Source: Pseudobdellovibrionaceae bacterium (GTDB lineage: Bacteria; Bdellovibrionota; Bdellovibrionia; Bdellovibrionales; UBA1609). Taken from it: a DNA stretch of 64,000 nucleotides. A program made the translations under genes and the position numbers. Within the stretch, counting starts at the first letter, position 1. The number at the start of each line of letters is the position of its first letter. The notes beneath the pieces are model-generated. The model was not told the origin of the DNA. It saw nothing but the letters and a program-made list of their open reading frames with translations, and ran no database searches. The stretch lies in assembly GCA_947444305.1 (NCBI GenBank), contig CANEZP010000013.1:65375-129374 (forward strand), written 5' to 3'. This document shows, piece by piece, positions 17,162 through 26,761 of the stretch.

Positions 17162-18587
17162 AGCTTAACCCCAATCCGATGCGGTCGTTCGCGCGGTAAA
17201 GCGCTAAGAAGCCGTCTTCGACTTCGGCCGGACCACTCAGTAGCCCAAGGAAATCCATTTCGATATCGCCGCGAAAGTTCTTGCCGAAATTCATGCCCGC
17301 CGACAGCCCGGCGATGCCCCCGTTTTGTAAGCGGTCGTAGACGATACGTAGTTCCGTCTCCAAAGGATAGCGCGCCGCCGTTCGCCAAGGTTTCTTAATG
17401 CCGAGTAAATAAGCTTCATTGAATTGGTAGCGCCGCTCGAAAAGCGTGCGGTTCGAAGCGAAGGCGCCGCGATCGGGGGCGTCACCGCCGTTGATTTTCA
17501 GAAAACCAAGTTTTGCCCGGGCGGCGTACGGGCCTTCCGCTTCGAGTGCGCGTGAAACCGATGCCGAAGTGATCCACGCCGGCGCCGCTTGCTGAGCGGT
17601 AAAATCGTCGCGCGCCCCTGCCCGGTCGGGAATCTCGTGCGCGACGCTGCCGGAATAGGTCCACGCGCCGGCGCGAAATACGGAATCGTGACTGACCAAC
17701 GTGTGGTACGCCAATCGCGGCGTCACCCGAATATTCACGTAATCTTCGTTAGCGCCGACAAAAAATATATTGTTCGATGGAAAGCCCAACAGGAATTGCG
17801 GCATCGGTTTGTAGGCGGCAGCTAGACGGCAGAAGTAATTTTTTGCGCCGTTCAGCTCAAGCTTTGCGACCGCGCCCACGTGAGAAGTGGCTTCCTTTAT
17901 CGTCGGCTGATCGATCGAGTAACGAATATCACCGACCACCTGCCGGTATTCAAACTGCGCGGCCGGTGGATTGAACCACGGGTTACGTGATACGAAGCGA
18001 TTATCTTCGGAAGTGAATCGTGCCGCGAGATCCGGAATATGCACCGGCAAAAAACCGATCGCGAGCGCAACGGGTTCGGTGTTCTGACTGTAAAAGAGCC
18101 CGGCGAGCCCCGCCTCTTCGTTGCGATATTTGTTGATGAGGTAGCGTGGTTGAAAAAGCCCTTGCCGCCACTCGCCTTCCCATTCGTTCCACCGTTCTTT
18201 TTTCCTGCCTAGCGAGAATGTGCTGAGATCGGTGGGTCGCCACTGAAGCGCGGCTTCGTAGATATTGACGTAATTCCATTCCTCGTTCGCCGAGTACTGA
18301 TCGCGGCCGTTTAAGCGCAGTCCGAACTTGCGCCATCGGCGATCGATATCCGCGCCGAGGGAAACACCCGGCTGGCTGCGCGCGGCCCCAGGCCGGAAAT
18401 AGTTCTGCCCGCCGGAGACATATTCGTCGTTGAAAACTTTGAACTGAGCGGCGGTCGAAGACTTCACCGCGGGCGACCCGCTTTCTAATTTCAAGCGTGA
18501 GGAATCGGCCGGTTGCGCATTCGCGCTGGTCGCAAATAAAATTATGCTTAACGATATAAACGATGAAACAAAATGTGAACGAAACAT
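17151..18587 (-). CDS. Predicted outer-membrane beta-barrel A1 (478 aa), paralogue of A2
   Basis: Signal peptide MFRSHFVSSFISLSIILFATSANAQ, beta-rich sequence, C-terminal YRANDRIGLGLSYVY. Confidence 0.75.
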   Translation of the reverse strand: MFRSHFVSSFISLSIILFATSANAQPADSSRLKLESGSPAVKSSTAAQFKVFNDEYVSGGQNYFRPGAARSQPGVSLGADIDRRWRKFGLRLNGRDQYSANEEWNYVNIYEAALQWRPTDLSTFSLGRKKERWNEWEGEWRQGLFQPRYLINKYRNEEAGLAGLFYSQNTEPVALAIGFLPVHIPDLAARFTSEDNRFVSRNPWFNPPAAQFEYRQVVGDIRYSIDQPTIKEATSHVGAVAKLELNGAKNYFCRLAAAYKPMPQFLLGFPSNNIFFVGANEDYVNIRVTPRLAYHTLVSHDSVFRAGAWTYSGSVAHEIPDRAGARDDFTAQQAAPAWITSASVSRALEAEGPYAARAKLGFLKINGGDAPDRGAFASNRTLFERRYQFNEAYLLGIKKPWRTAARYPLETELRIVYDRLQNGGIAGLSAGMNFGKNFRGDIEMDFLGLLSGPAEVEDGFLALYRANDRIGLGLSYVY

Positions 18588-18654
18588 TTAGGCCACCCCC
18601 GCCCCACTCACCGTTTTATAAAACCGGCGTCGGGAGTAGCAAGCTATTTAGTTT

Positions 18655-19449
18655 TTATATGGAAACTTCGCTGACGTGCCGCTCTGCCGATGAATTCCAC
18701 GCCACAATTTTCTGAACGGTCCACGCAGCATCATCCCACGGTAAATCGTGTCCGGCCCACGCGTGCCGCTCGATCGGCCAACCCCATTTATCGTGCAAGA
18801 CGGTTGAGCAAGATGGATCGACTAAGCGATCCCCCAAACCGTTGAGCAGAAGCACCGGAAGATTGACCGGCTTTTGCAAACCATCGAAGAACGCCGCCGC
18901 GAGCAATTGATTCGTAAAATTGAGATAAGAAATCGGCCGTTCGATCGCGAGCTTAATCCATGGCGGGAGTGCCTTGGCCCGTGCTTCTTCGCTGTTCATG
19001 ATGATTTCGATGATTTGACGTTCGCGTTCTTTCGCGGATTGGGTCGCCAACATTTTTCCAAACTTCGACCAAACTTGCCAACGCATGCGATGATACAGCG
19101 GACTCAAAGATTTAGCGCTCGTATTGATGAGGACCGCACCGGATAAATCTTCGGGCCGCTGGTTCATCCACTCCATCGCGACCATTCCGCCGAGCGAAAC
19201 GGTAAGGAGTTTAAATTGCGATTGCGATCGCGCACGTTCAATCGCTTTGGCGCGCACGAAGGTGAATATCTCGCCCATGGATTTGGGGCTGCGTTCGTCT
19301 AAGAACTCGCCACTGCCCGGAAGATCAATCGGCAGCACGTCGTCTTTCGGAAATGCCTGTTTGAATAAATCTAAAAAATTGCCCCAGTGGCCATGCTCGC
19401 GCGCGAGTCCGCGCAGTAAAATCCACGCCGTTGTTTTTTCAGTCGGCAT
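18655..19449 (-). CDS. Alpha/beta-fold hydrolase
   Basis: 264 aa. LLRGLAREHGHWG N-terminal block, nucleophile-elbow-like TVSLGGMVAM, C-terminal His region (AWAGHDLPWD). The ATG overlaps the stop of the upstream peptidase gene by 11 nt. Confidence 0.7.
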   Translation of the reverse strand: MPTEKTTAWILLRGLAREHGHWGNFLDLFKQAFPKDDVLPIDLPGSGEFLDERSPKSMGEIFTFVRAKAIERARSQSQFKLLTVSLGGMVAMEWMNQRPEDLSGAVLINTSAKSLSPLYHRMRWQVWSKFGKMLATQSAKERERQIIEIIMNSEEARAKALPPWIKLAIERPISYLNFTNQLLAAAFFDGLQKPVNLPVLLLNGLGDRLVDPSCSTVLHDKWGWPIERHAWAGHDLPWDDAAWTVQKIVAWNSSAERHVSEVSI

Positions 19450-20437
19450 ACCAAAGCTCCATCGCCTTTACGAGATTGCGTTCCCGTTGTTCATCCGTAA
19501 GGTGAACCCAAGCGTCGGGCGAAAGCAAGGCGCGGTGAAGGAAATCGAACAAACTCAAATGGCGCCGTAAGATGCGCCGCCGGCGATGCGGCATCATGGG
19601 ATCGAACATCCCGCTCTTCGAAAAAACTTGCAGCGGATTCTTTTTAAGCCAAGCCCACGATCCCATCTCGAGACAGAACGGCAAAAAGAATCCCTGTTGC
19701 GGATTTTTGCGTGACTCTTCGAACGTGTAATCCCAAGGATCACCGTGGATCGTATATTGTCGCGACATCGGTTCGTAGACGTAGAAATGATTCGAATACG
19801 TCACGTCGAGCATTGTTTTGAGTGCGTACGCTTCGGCCAAAAAAGGAAACGGGCGCCGCGTGTGCGCGTACGGAAACCAAAAACGATCACGCGCGCCGAA
19901 ACCTGAGTGCACGTCCACGGTGATGCTGATCGTAGACGTGAGCAACTCGGTCTCTAACACTTCGATCAGCGCTTTGTTCTCCACTTCCATCTCGGCGCCT
20001 TTGACGCCCCGATAGTACGGCAACTTATTCGAAACGCGGTGCCCGCGGTAAAACGGGCCCGGCTTACCTTCACCGTCGAGCGGAGAATTTCTCATAAGAT
20101 CGACGCCGTTCGCGTTCGAGCGGGTGCGATTGACCACGCCCGCGGGATTAACGATCGGCATGAACACCAACCGCGAATGCTTCAAGCGTTCCTGAAAGCT
20201 TTTGTCCCAGCGGAGCAATTCAAGCAGCGTGTGCATGTGCGACAAGACGACTTCCGAGCCGATCTTTTCTAGGCCATGCGCGCCCGCAAAAATCCCCAGT
20301 GACGGGGCCTTCGGATCGGTGCTGCCGATGGCTACGGAATAGAGCGGATAGGTTTTGTCGCCGTCATGAACTTCGGCGACGTTACGAACGCGCGCGCTTG
20401 AACCAAAACTCTCGATCAAGAGTTCAAGATCGGCCAT
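19439..20437 (-). CDS. M14-like zinc carboxypeptidase / succinylglutamate-desuccinylase-superfamily protein
   Basis: H-x-x-E in FAGAHGLEKIGSE and a later VDVHSGFG His. Start moved from 20509 to the ATG at 20437 (MADLELL), which leaves a plausible divergent promoter region with acs. Confidence 0.55.
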   Translation of the reverse strand: MADLELLIESFGSSARVRNVAEVHDGDKTYPLYSVAIGSTDPKAPSLGIFAGAHGLEKIGSEVVLSHMHTLLELLRWDKSFQERLKHSRLVFMPIVNPAGVVNRTRSNANGVDLMRNSPLDGEGKPGPFYRGHRVSNKLPYYRGVKGAEMEVENKALIEVLETELLTSTISITVDVHSGFGARDRFWFPYAHTRRPFPFLAEAYALKTMLDVTYSNHFYVYEPMSRQYTIHGDPWDYTFEESRKNPQQGFFLPFCLEMGSWAWLKKNPLQVFSKSGMFDPMMPHRRRRILRRHLSLFDFLHRALLSPDAWVHLTDEQRERNLVKAMELWYAD

Positions 20438-20529
20438 TTCTGTGAAGGTGCGTCTTGCGGGTAGTATGGACACAGCGTGATTATACAAGTTGTTGCGAGG
20501 ATGGTGCAACTAACTAACGGGGGGAATCT

Positions 20530-22389
20530 ATGTCGCAAGTGCCGGCCGATCAGGACAAGTTCTGGGATGAAATTGCCTCTCGTCTAACGTGGACGAAGCC
20601 CTGGACCAAGACCAAGAGCGTGGACTTTAAAAATCCCGTAAAAATCGAATGGTACGGCAGCGGTGAACTTAACGTCTCGTACAACTGCATCGACCGTCAC
20701 CTGCCGCGGCACAAAGACCGGGTGGCATTGTACTGGGAACCCGAGACCGACAAGCACAAGCCTTTAGCGATCACTTATCAAGAACTGCACGACCGGGTCT
20801 GCCGGCTTGCGAATAGCTATAGGAAATTGGGAATTAAGAAGGGCGACCGGGTTACGATCTATTTGCCGATGATTCCCGAAGCGGCCTACGCCATGCTCGC
20901 TTGCGCGCGCATCGGCGCCATTCATTCGGTCGTGTTCGCGGGATTTTCACCCGACTCAATCAGCGACCGCATCGAAGACGGCGAGAGTGATTACGTTATT
21001 ACCGCCGACGAAGGTTTGCGCGGGGGCAAGACCATTCCGCTTAAAGCGAACGTCGACGAAGCGCTTAAGAAATCACCGCGCGTGAGAAGTGTAATCGTCG
21101 TTAAACATACCGGCGGCCAAGTCAACTTCACTTCCGGCCGTGATCATTGGTACCATGACCTCACCGCCGGGATGCCCGCGACTTGCGCGCCTGAAAACAT
21201 GAACAGCGAAGATCCGCTCTTCCTGCTTTACACATCGGGTTCCACGAATAAACCGAAGGGTGTCTTGCACACGACCGGCGGTTACCTCACTTGGGCCGCG
21301 TACACGCACGCGCTCGTTTTCGATTACAAACCCGAAGACGTCTATTGGTGCGCGGCGGACATCGGCTGGGTGACCGGCCACTCGTACATTCTTTACGGCC
21401 CGCTCGCGAACGCGGCCACCGGCGTGATGTACGAAGGCTTGCCGACTTTCCCCACCGCCTCCCGCATTTGGGAAATCGTCGATAAATATAAAGTGAACAC
21501 GCTTTACACCGCGCCGACTTTAATCCGCGCGCTAATGGCCTTAGGCGAAGAGCCGGTGAAGAAATGCTCGCGCCAATCTTTACGTTTGCTAGGTTCGGTG
21601 GGCGAGCCGATCAATCCCGAAGCGTGGTCATGGTATCACCGGGTCGTCGGCGATTCGCGTTGCCCCGTCGTCGATACTTGGTGGCAAACCGAAACGGGCG
21701 GCATTCTTATCTCGCCGGTCCCCTTCAAAACCGAACTCAAACCCGGTTCGGCGACGAAGCCCCTACCCGGCATCAACGCGGTCATCGTGAATGAAAAAGG
21801 CGAACGACTCGAGGGTGCGTGCGAAGGGCATTTGTGCATCGACGGCTCGTGGCCCGGGCAAATGCGATCCGTATATAAAGACCACGAACGCTTTTACCAA
21901 ACTTACTTCTCTACTTATCCGGGCCTGTACTTTACCGGTGACGGCGCCCGTCGCGATGCCGACGATTATTATTGGATCACCGGCCGGGTCGATGACGTCA
22001 TCAACGTTTCCGGTCACCGCCTGGGCACGGCCGAGATCGAAAGTGCTTTGGTGGCGCACGCAAGCGTTGCCGAGAGTGCGGTGGTGGGATTCCCGCATGA
22101 TATCAAGGGCCAAGGCATTTATGCTTACGTAACTTTGAATAAGGGCGCGACGGCTTCCGAGGACTTACGTAAAGAACTTGCGGAGTGGGTGAAGAAAACT
22201 ATGGGTGGATTAGCTAGACCAGACTTCATTCAGTGGGCGCCGGCGTTGCCGAAGACCCGTAGCGGAAAAATTATGCGCCGAATTTTGCGCAAAATTGCGA
22301 GCAACGATATCGACAATCTCGGTGATGTTTCAACGTTAGCGGATCCCTCCGTCGTCAAAGATTTGATGACCGCTAGACTCCGCACCTAA
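20530..22389 (+). CDS. acs: Acetyl-CoA synthetase (AMP-forming)
   Basis: 619 aa. [14 protein letters not shown]-binding motif, [43 protein letters not shown], and a C-terminal [11 protein letters not shown] lysine motif. Confidence 0.95.
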   Translation: MSQVPADQDKFWDEIASRLTWTKPWTKTKSVDFKNPVKIEWYGSGELNVSYNCIDRHLPRHKDRVALYWEPETDKHKPLAITYQELHDRVCRLANSYRKLGIKKGDRVTIYLPMIPEAAYAMLACARIGAIHSVVFAGFSPDSISDRIEDGESDYVITADEGLRGGKTIPLKANVDEALKKSPRVRSVIVVKHTGGQVNFTSGRDHWYHDLTAGMPATCAPENMNSEDPLFLLYTSGSTNKPKGVLHTTGGYLTWAAYTHALVFDYKPEDVYWCAADIGWVTGHSYILYGPLANAATGVMYEGLPTFPTASRIWEIVDKYKVNTLYTAPTLIRALMALGEEPVKKCSRQSLRLLGSVGEPINPEAWSWYHRVVGDSRCPVVDTWWQTETGGILISPVPFKTELKPGSATKPLPGINAVIVNEKGERLEGACEGHLCIDGSWPGQMRSVYKDHERFYQTYFSTYPGLYFTGDGARRDADDYYWITGRVDDVINVSGHRLGTAEIESALVAHASVAESAVVGFPHDIKGQGIYAYVTLNKGATASEDLRKELAEWVKKTMGGLARPDFIQWAPALPKTRSGKIMRRILRKIASNDIDNLGDVSTLADPSVVKDLMTARLRT

Positions 22390-22426
22390 ATTACCGGCGC
22401 GGCGCCGTCAGCCGCGCCAGTCGTTT

Positions 22427-22455
22427 AACTCCCGTGTTTTCTCACCGGGAGTTTT
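22427..22455 (+). terminator. Candidate intrinsic terminator of acs
   Basis: Stem aactcccg / cgggagtt (8 bp, 11-nt loop) followed by a short T run. It is preceded by a second GC hairpin, ggcgcggc / gccgcgcc, at 22396-22418. Confidence 0.45.
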
Positions 22456-22632
22456 GCGCTTTGTTGCTCACGATTTAAGCAACTCGACTTGACCCGTGCG
22501 AATGCATAACGATTCGAAAATGACCCGGACTTTTCGCAAACAAATATGCACATTTCTAGAGTCGTTTTTTGCGCATTTTGCTGAGTCCTGAAGCACCAAG
22601 AAATTTTCTTTTTCGGACGTCCCGCATCGCGA

Positions 22633-22662
22633 TTGACAGTTTCTTTCCCCTACGGGTAGCGT
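22633..22662 (+). promoter_or_regulatory. Candidate sigma70-type promoter of nrdAB
   Basis: Perfect TTGACA at 22633-22638 with a weak -10 (TAGCGT) after an 18-nt spacer. It lies just upstream of the NrdR-box-like palindrome. Confidence 0.3.
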
Positions 22663-22678
22663 TTGAATTGTCGAGCGG

Positions 22679-22695
22679 ACACAAGATATTTGGGT
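22679..22695 (+). promoter_or_regulatory. NrdR-box-like imperfect palindrome upstream of nrdA
   Basis: acacaagatatttgggt resembles the NrdR operator consensus acaCwAtATaTwGtgt. It sits about 20 nt downstream of the candidate -10, inside the long nrdA leader. Confidence 0.4.
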
Positions 22696-22825
22696 CCGCG
22701 GGATTCTCGGTCATGGCGTTAGGCTTCAAAGATGAAGCCGTAAAAACGACGAAGATTATGGATGACGCTTTTCCCAGGACCGTTTTTTCACAAAAATTAT
22801 GTTTCATCCTTTATAGGGGGTATTC

Positions 22826-25288
22826 GTGGATCTTCAACAAGAAGCCGAGGCAAAGCAGTCCGTTCAGCCTGCAGCGGCAGATGGCAAAAACACTTCCACT
22901 CGCAATGGTGATCATCCGCCCGAAGGCCCGATCGTCATGCGTGTTCGCAAGCGCGACGGCACCCTTTCGGCCGTCGACGTGAACAAAATCGTTAACGTGG
23001 CTCTGGCCTGCTCGACCGGCTTAAAAGAAGTCGATCCGATGCGCGTCGCCGCGAAGGTCATCAGCGGTCTTTACGACGGCGCGACGACCAAAGAGCTCGA
23101 TCAACTCTGCATCCAAACGGCGGCGCTCCTTATCGGTGAAGAACCGCAGTACTCGCGGCTTGCTTCGCGCTTACTCGCGCGCTTCATCGGCGAAGAAGTC
23201 ACCAATCAGCACATCCGCAATTTCTACGACTCGATCACGGTCGCGCACAAACAAGGCATCGTTAACGAAGAAAAATTCAATTTCGTTAAAGAACACAAAG
23301 AGGCCTTGAACATCATCATTGATGATTCCCGCACGACCCGCTTCGAGTACTTCGGTCTGCGCACGATTTACGACCGTTACTTGCTCAAAGACCCGCACAC
23401 TCGCCAAGTCATCGAAACGCCGCAGCACTTCTTCTTGCGCGTCGCTTGCGGTTTGGCCAAGACTTTTCAAGAAGCGCAAGAGTTCTACGAGTTGATTTCA
23501 TCGCTCGATTACATGCCCAGCTCACCGACCTTGTTCAACTCGGCGACGATGCGCCCGCAGTTGTCTTCGTGCTATTTGCTCGATTCGCCCGGCGACGATT
23601 TGTCGGCGATCTACGACAAATATAAAGATATCGCCCTGCTTTCGAAGTTTGCGGGCGGTATCGGCGTTTCCTTCTCGCGTATCCGCTCGCGCGGTTCGTT
23701 GATCAAAGGCACTAACGGCCATTCGAACGGTCTCGTACCCTGGCTCAAAACTTTGGATTCTTCGGTCGCGGCCGTAAACCAAGGTGGGCGCCGCAAAGGT
23801 GCGGCGTGTATCTATCTCGAATCGTGGCACTCCGACATCGAAGAGTTCATCGATTTGCGTGACAACACCGGTGACGAAGCGCAACGCGCGCACAATCTGA
23901 ATTTGGCCAACTGGGTTCCCGATATTTTCATGCGTCGCGTGGAAGAAGACGGAATGTGGTCGCTGTTCGATCCCAAAGACGTTCCCCAATTCGTCGACTT
24001 GTTCGGTGAGGAATTCGACGCGGCTTACGCCGCCGCCGAAGCCGAAGGCATTTTCACCCGTCAGATCAAGGCGCGTGATCTTTACGCCCGCATGATGAAG
24101 TCGCTCGCGCAAACCGGCAACGGCTGGATGACTTGGAAAGACGCTTCGAACAAAAAGTCGAATCAAACCGGCAAGCCCGGCAACGTCATTCATTTGTCGA
24201 ACCTGTGCACTGAGATTTTGGAAGTGACTTCCGACGGTGAAACCGCCGTTTGTAACCTGGGCTCGATCAACTTGGGCGCGCACGTCGTGAACGGCCAGTT
24301 CGATTTCGAAAAGCTCGCGCACACGACCGAAGTCGCGATCAAGTATCTTGACCGCGTGATCGACATCAACTTCTACCCGATCCCGACCGCGCAATCGTCC
24401 AACTCACGCTGGCGCCCCGTGGGCCTCGGCGTTATGGGTTTGCAAGACGCGTTCTTTAAATTGAACCTCCCCTTCGATTCGGCCGAAGCTTTGAAGCTTT
24501 CGACCAAAATCCAAGAGGAGATTTACTTCAACGCTCTTAAAACTTCGTGCGCCTTGGCCGAAAAAGCCGGCCCCCACCCCGCTTTCTCGGAAACCAAAGC
24601 CGCGCAAGGGATCATGCAGTTCGACCTTTGGAACATCGTGCCCGAGGACATGGAACGCTGGGAACGTTTGCGCCGCAAAGTGAAAACGATCGGCCTGCGC
24701 AATTCGCTGATGATCGCGATTGCACCGACCGCGACGATCGCTTCGATCGTCGGCGCTTACGAGGCGACCGAGCCGCAAATCTCCAACCTCTTCAAACGTG
24801 AAACGTTGAGCGGTGAGTTCATTCAAGTGAATCGCTACCTCGTCGACGAATTGAAGAAGCGTGGCATGTGGAACGACGAAGTTCGCAACAAGATCAAAAG
24901 TGCGGACGGATCCATCCAAAACATCGACGAGATTCCAGCCGACGTGAAGTTGGTTTACCGCACGGTCTGGGAAGTTCCGCAAAAGTCGTTGATCAATTTG
25001 GCCGCCGCCCGTGGCGCCTTTATCGATCAGTCGCAATCGCTCAACTTATTCATCGAGTCCCCCTCGATCGGGATTCTGTCATCGATGTACATGTACGCTT
25101 GGAAGATGGGTTGCAAAACCACTTACTACCTCCGTTCACGTCCCGCGACCCGCATTTCGAAAGTGACGACGACGTCCAGCTCCTCGGTCAAAGCCGAAGA
25201 GCCCGCAGCGCCCAAGAAAACTTTTACGGAACAAGAAGCACTCGCGTGCTCGCTTGAAAATCCGGAAGTTTGCGAAGCCTGCACTTAA
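22826..25288 (+). CDS. nrdA: Ribonucleoside-diphosphate reductase, class Ia, alpha subunit
   Basis: 820 aa. ATP-cone (VRKRDGTLSAVDVNKI), catalytic NLCTEI and the C-terminal ...CEAC tail cysteines. GTG start with a GGGGG RBS; an ATG 37 codons downstream is an alternative. Confidence 0.95.
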   Translation: MDLQQEAEAKQSVQPAAADGKNTSTRNGDHPPEGPIVMRVRKRDGTLSAVDVNKIVNVALACSTGLKEVDPMRVAAKVISGLYDGATTKELDQLCIQTAALLIGEEPQYSRLASRLLARFIGEEVTNQHIRNFYDSITVAHKQGIVNEEKFNFVKEHKEALNIIIDDSRTTRFEYFGLRTIYDRYLLKDPHTRQVIETPQHFFLRVACGLAKTFQEAQEFYELISSLDYMPSSPTLFNSATMRPQLSSCYLLDSPGDDLSAIYDKYKDIALLSKFAGGIGVSFSRIRSRGSLIKGTNGHSNGLVPWLKTLDSSVAAVNQGGRRKGAACIYLESWHSDIEEFIDLRDNTGDEAQRAHNLNLANWVPDIFMRRVEEDGMWSLFDPKDVPQFVDLFGEEFDAAYAAAEAEGIFTRQIKARDLYARMMKSLAQTGNGWMTWKDASNKKSNQTGKPGNVIHLSNLCTEILEVTSDGETAVCNLGSINLGAHVVNGQFDFEKLAHTTEVAIKYLDRVIDINFYPIPTAQSSNSRWRPVGLGVMGLQDAFFKLNLPFDSAEALKLSTKIQEEIYFNALKTSCALAEKAGPHPAFSETKAAQGIMQFDLWNIVPEDMERWERLRRKVKTIGLRNSLMIAIAPTATIASIVGAYEATEPQISNLFKRETLSGEFIQVNRYLVDELKKRGMWNDEVRNKIKSADGSIQNIDEIPADVKLVYRTVWEVPQKSLINLAAARGAFIDQSQSLNLFIESPSIGILSSMYMYAWKMGCKTTYYLRSRPATRISKVTTTSSSSVKAEEPAAPKKTFTEQEALACSLENPEVCEACT

Positions 25289-25422
25289 GTCTTTATTAAG
25301 TCGCGTGGGCTATCGCGGGCCTCCTTGCGGTCCCACGCGTTTTTCGTTTTATTGATCTCTGCTTGTTCACATTACCCCACGATTCCAATGAAGGAACCGT
25401 GGCCTTCGAGGAGTTCCCCCAC

Positions 25423-26421
25423 ATGATTCTAGATCCCGGTTTTGACCTCACCCTTCGCCCCATGAAATATCCTGAGTTCTTCGACATGTACAAAGATGCG
25501 ATCAAGAACACGTGGACCGTTGAAGAAGTTGATTTTTCTAACGACATCGTTGATTTGAATAAAAAGTTAACGGCCGCCGAACGTTTTTTGATTAGCCGCT
25601 TGGTTGCGTTCTTCGCGACCGGTGATTCGATCGTCGGTAACAACCTCGTGTTGAATTTGTACAAGCACGTCAATTCGCCCGAAGCGCGTCTTTACTTGTC
25701 ACGCCAGCTCTTCGAAGAAGCTTTGCACGTTCAGTTCTACCTGACCCTGCTCGATAGCTACATCCCCGACATGGCCGAGCGCGAGAAAGCTTTCGCCGCC
25801 ATTCACAACATCCCCTCGATCCGCAAGAAAGCGGAGTACAGCTTCAAGTGGATGGACTCGATCAACACGCTCGATACCATCAAAACTCTCGAAGACCGCC
25901 GCAAGTTCTTGATGAACTTGATTTGCTTCGCCGGCACGATCGAAGGTTTGTTCTTCTTCGGCGCATTCGCTTACGTTTATTTCTTGCGCTCCAAAGGTTT
26001 GCTCAACGGTCTTGCGACCGGCACGAACTGGGTTTTCCGTGACGAAAGCGGCCACATCGATTTCGCCTTCAAGGTCATCGAAACCGCCGTTAAAGAAGAA
26101 CCCGGCCTGATGGACCAACGCATGAAAGACATGGTCATTGTCATGATGAAGGACGCCATCGACTGCGAGATGGCCTTCGCCAACGATATCCTTGAGCACG
26201 GCGTGGCGGGCTTAAGCGCGCGCGACATGCGCACGTACCTCGAGTTCATCGCCGATCAACGCTTGGAACGCTTGGGCATCCCGCACCAGTTCGGCCGCAA
26301 GAATCCCTTCGACTTCATGGCTCTGCAAGACACCCAAGAGCTCACGAACTTTTTCGAACGTCGTGTCTCCGCTTACCAAGTCGGCGTGACCGGCGCGGTG
26401 AGTTTCGACGAGAGCTTCTAA
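25423..26421 (+). CDS. nrdB: Ribonucleoside-diphosphate reductase, class Ia, beta subunit
   Basis: Di-iron/tyrosyl block EEALHVQFYLTLLD (E-x-x-H then Tyr at +4, so class Ia rather than Ic) and a second E...H block (RDESGH). Start moved to the ATG at 25423, preceded by GAGGAG. Confidence 0.9.
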   Translation: MILDPGFDLTLRPMKYPEFFDMYKDAIKNTWTVEEVDFSNDIVDLNKKLTAAERFLISRLVAFFATGDSIVGNNLVLNLYKHVNSPEARLYLSRQLFEEALHVQFYLTLLDSYIPDMAEREKAFAAIHNIPSIRKKAEYSFKWMDSINTLDTIKTLEDRRKFLMNLICFAGTIEGLFFFGAFAYVYFLRSKGLLNGLATGTNWVFRDESGHIDFAFKVIETAVKEEPGLMDQRMKDMVIVMMKDAIDCEMAFANDILEHGVAGLSARDMRTYLEFIADQRLERLGIPHQFGRKNPFDFMALQDTQELTNFFERRVSAYQVGVTGAVSFDESF

Positions 26422-26432
26422 ATCCGTACTTG

Positions 26433-26466
26433 CGCACTGTTTAAATCCTGGGATTTAAGCGGTGCG
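26433..26466. repeat. Palindromic repeat module P1, copy A
   Basis: cgcactgtttaaatcctgggatttaagcggtgcg. It is the exact reverse complement of 30066-30099. The 16-bp arms have two G-T pairs on the + strand. It starts 12 nt after the nrdB stop. Confidence 0.9.
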
Positions 26467-26590
26467 GTAATTCGCGGTTGAATCATGCGCCGTTCGCAAC
26501 GATACGTTTGATTTTGGAATCTTCGCTTCGGTAATGTTGGTTTCTAAATCTTCTTCGACCGCCCCATCTTCTCATCACAAAGATTAAGCG

Positions 26591-26633
26591 TCCTGACAGT
26601 GGCCTTCTTCCGCCATCCCGGCGGAAGAAATTG
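26591..26633. repeat. Repeat module P2 (hairpin ttcttccgcc/ggcggaagaa plus flank), copy A
   Basis: tcctgacagtggccttcttccgccatcccggcggaagaaattg. It is the exact reverse complement of 29980-30022 (43 nt). Confidence 0.9.
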
Positions 26634-26761
26634 AAATTGAAATCGGATTTATTTTTTAAGTCGGACCGCCGGGATGGCGGTTCGAAAAGCTTTCTCATGG
26701 ATGGATGGATCGGGCGCTCATGCCAGCTGCTGTTCACGCCCGGTGCATTGAATGGCACCTA

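Noticed and set aside
22537-22555. Additional NrdR-box-like sequences (caaacaaatatgcacattt at 22537-22555; cacaaaaattatgttt at 22789-22804)
   Set aside because: They are poor palindromes, and their spacing relative to the better box (about 110-140 nt) does not fit the usual phased tandem arrangement.
23522-24394. Long antisense or alternative-frame ORFs inside well-supported genes. Examples are 23522-24394 and 24404-25036 in nrdA, 31239-31889 and 32466-33059 in uvrA, 41160-41660 and 41641-42138 in sucB, 43363-43854 in lpdA, and 5819-6379 in the giant lipoprotein gene.
   Set aside because: They overlap genes that have unambiguous motif support on the other strand or frame. They have Arg/Gly/Ala/Pro-rich low-information composition typical of shadow ORFs in GC-rich DNA, and they lack RBS or motif support.
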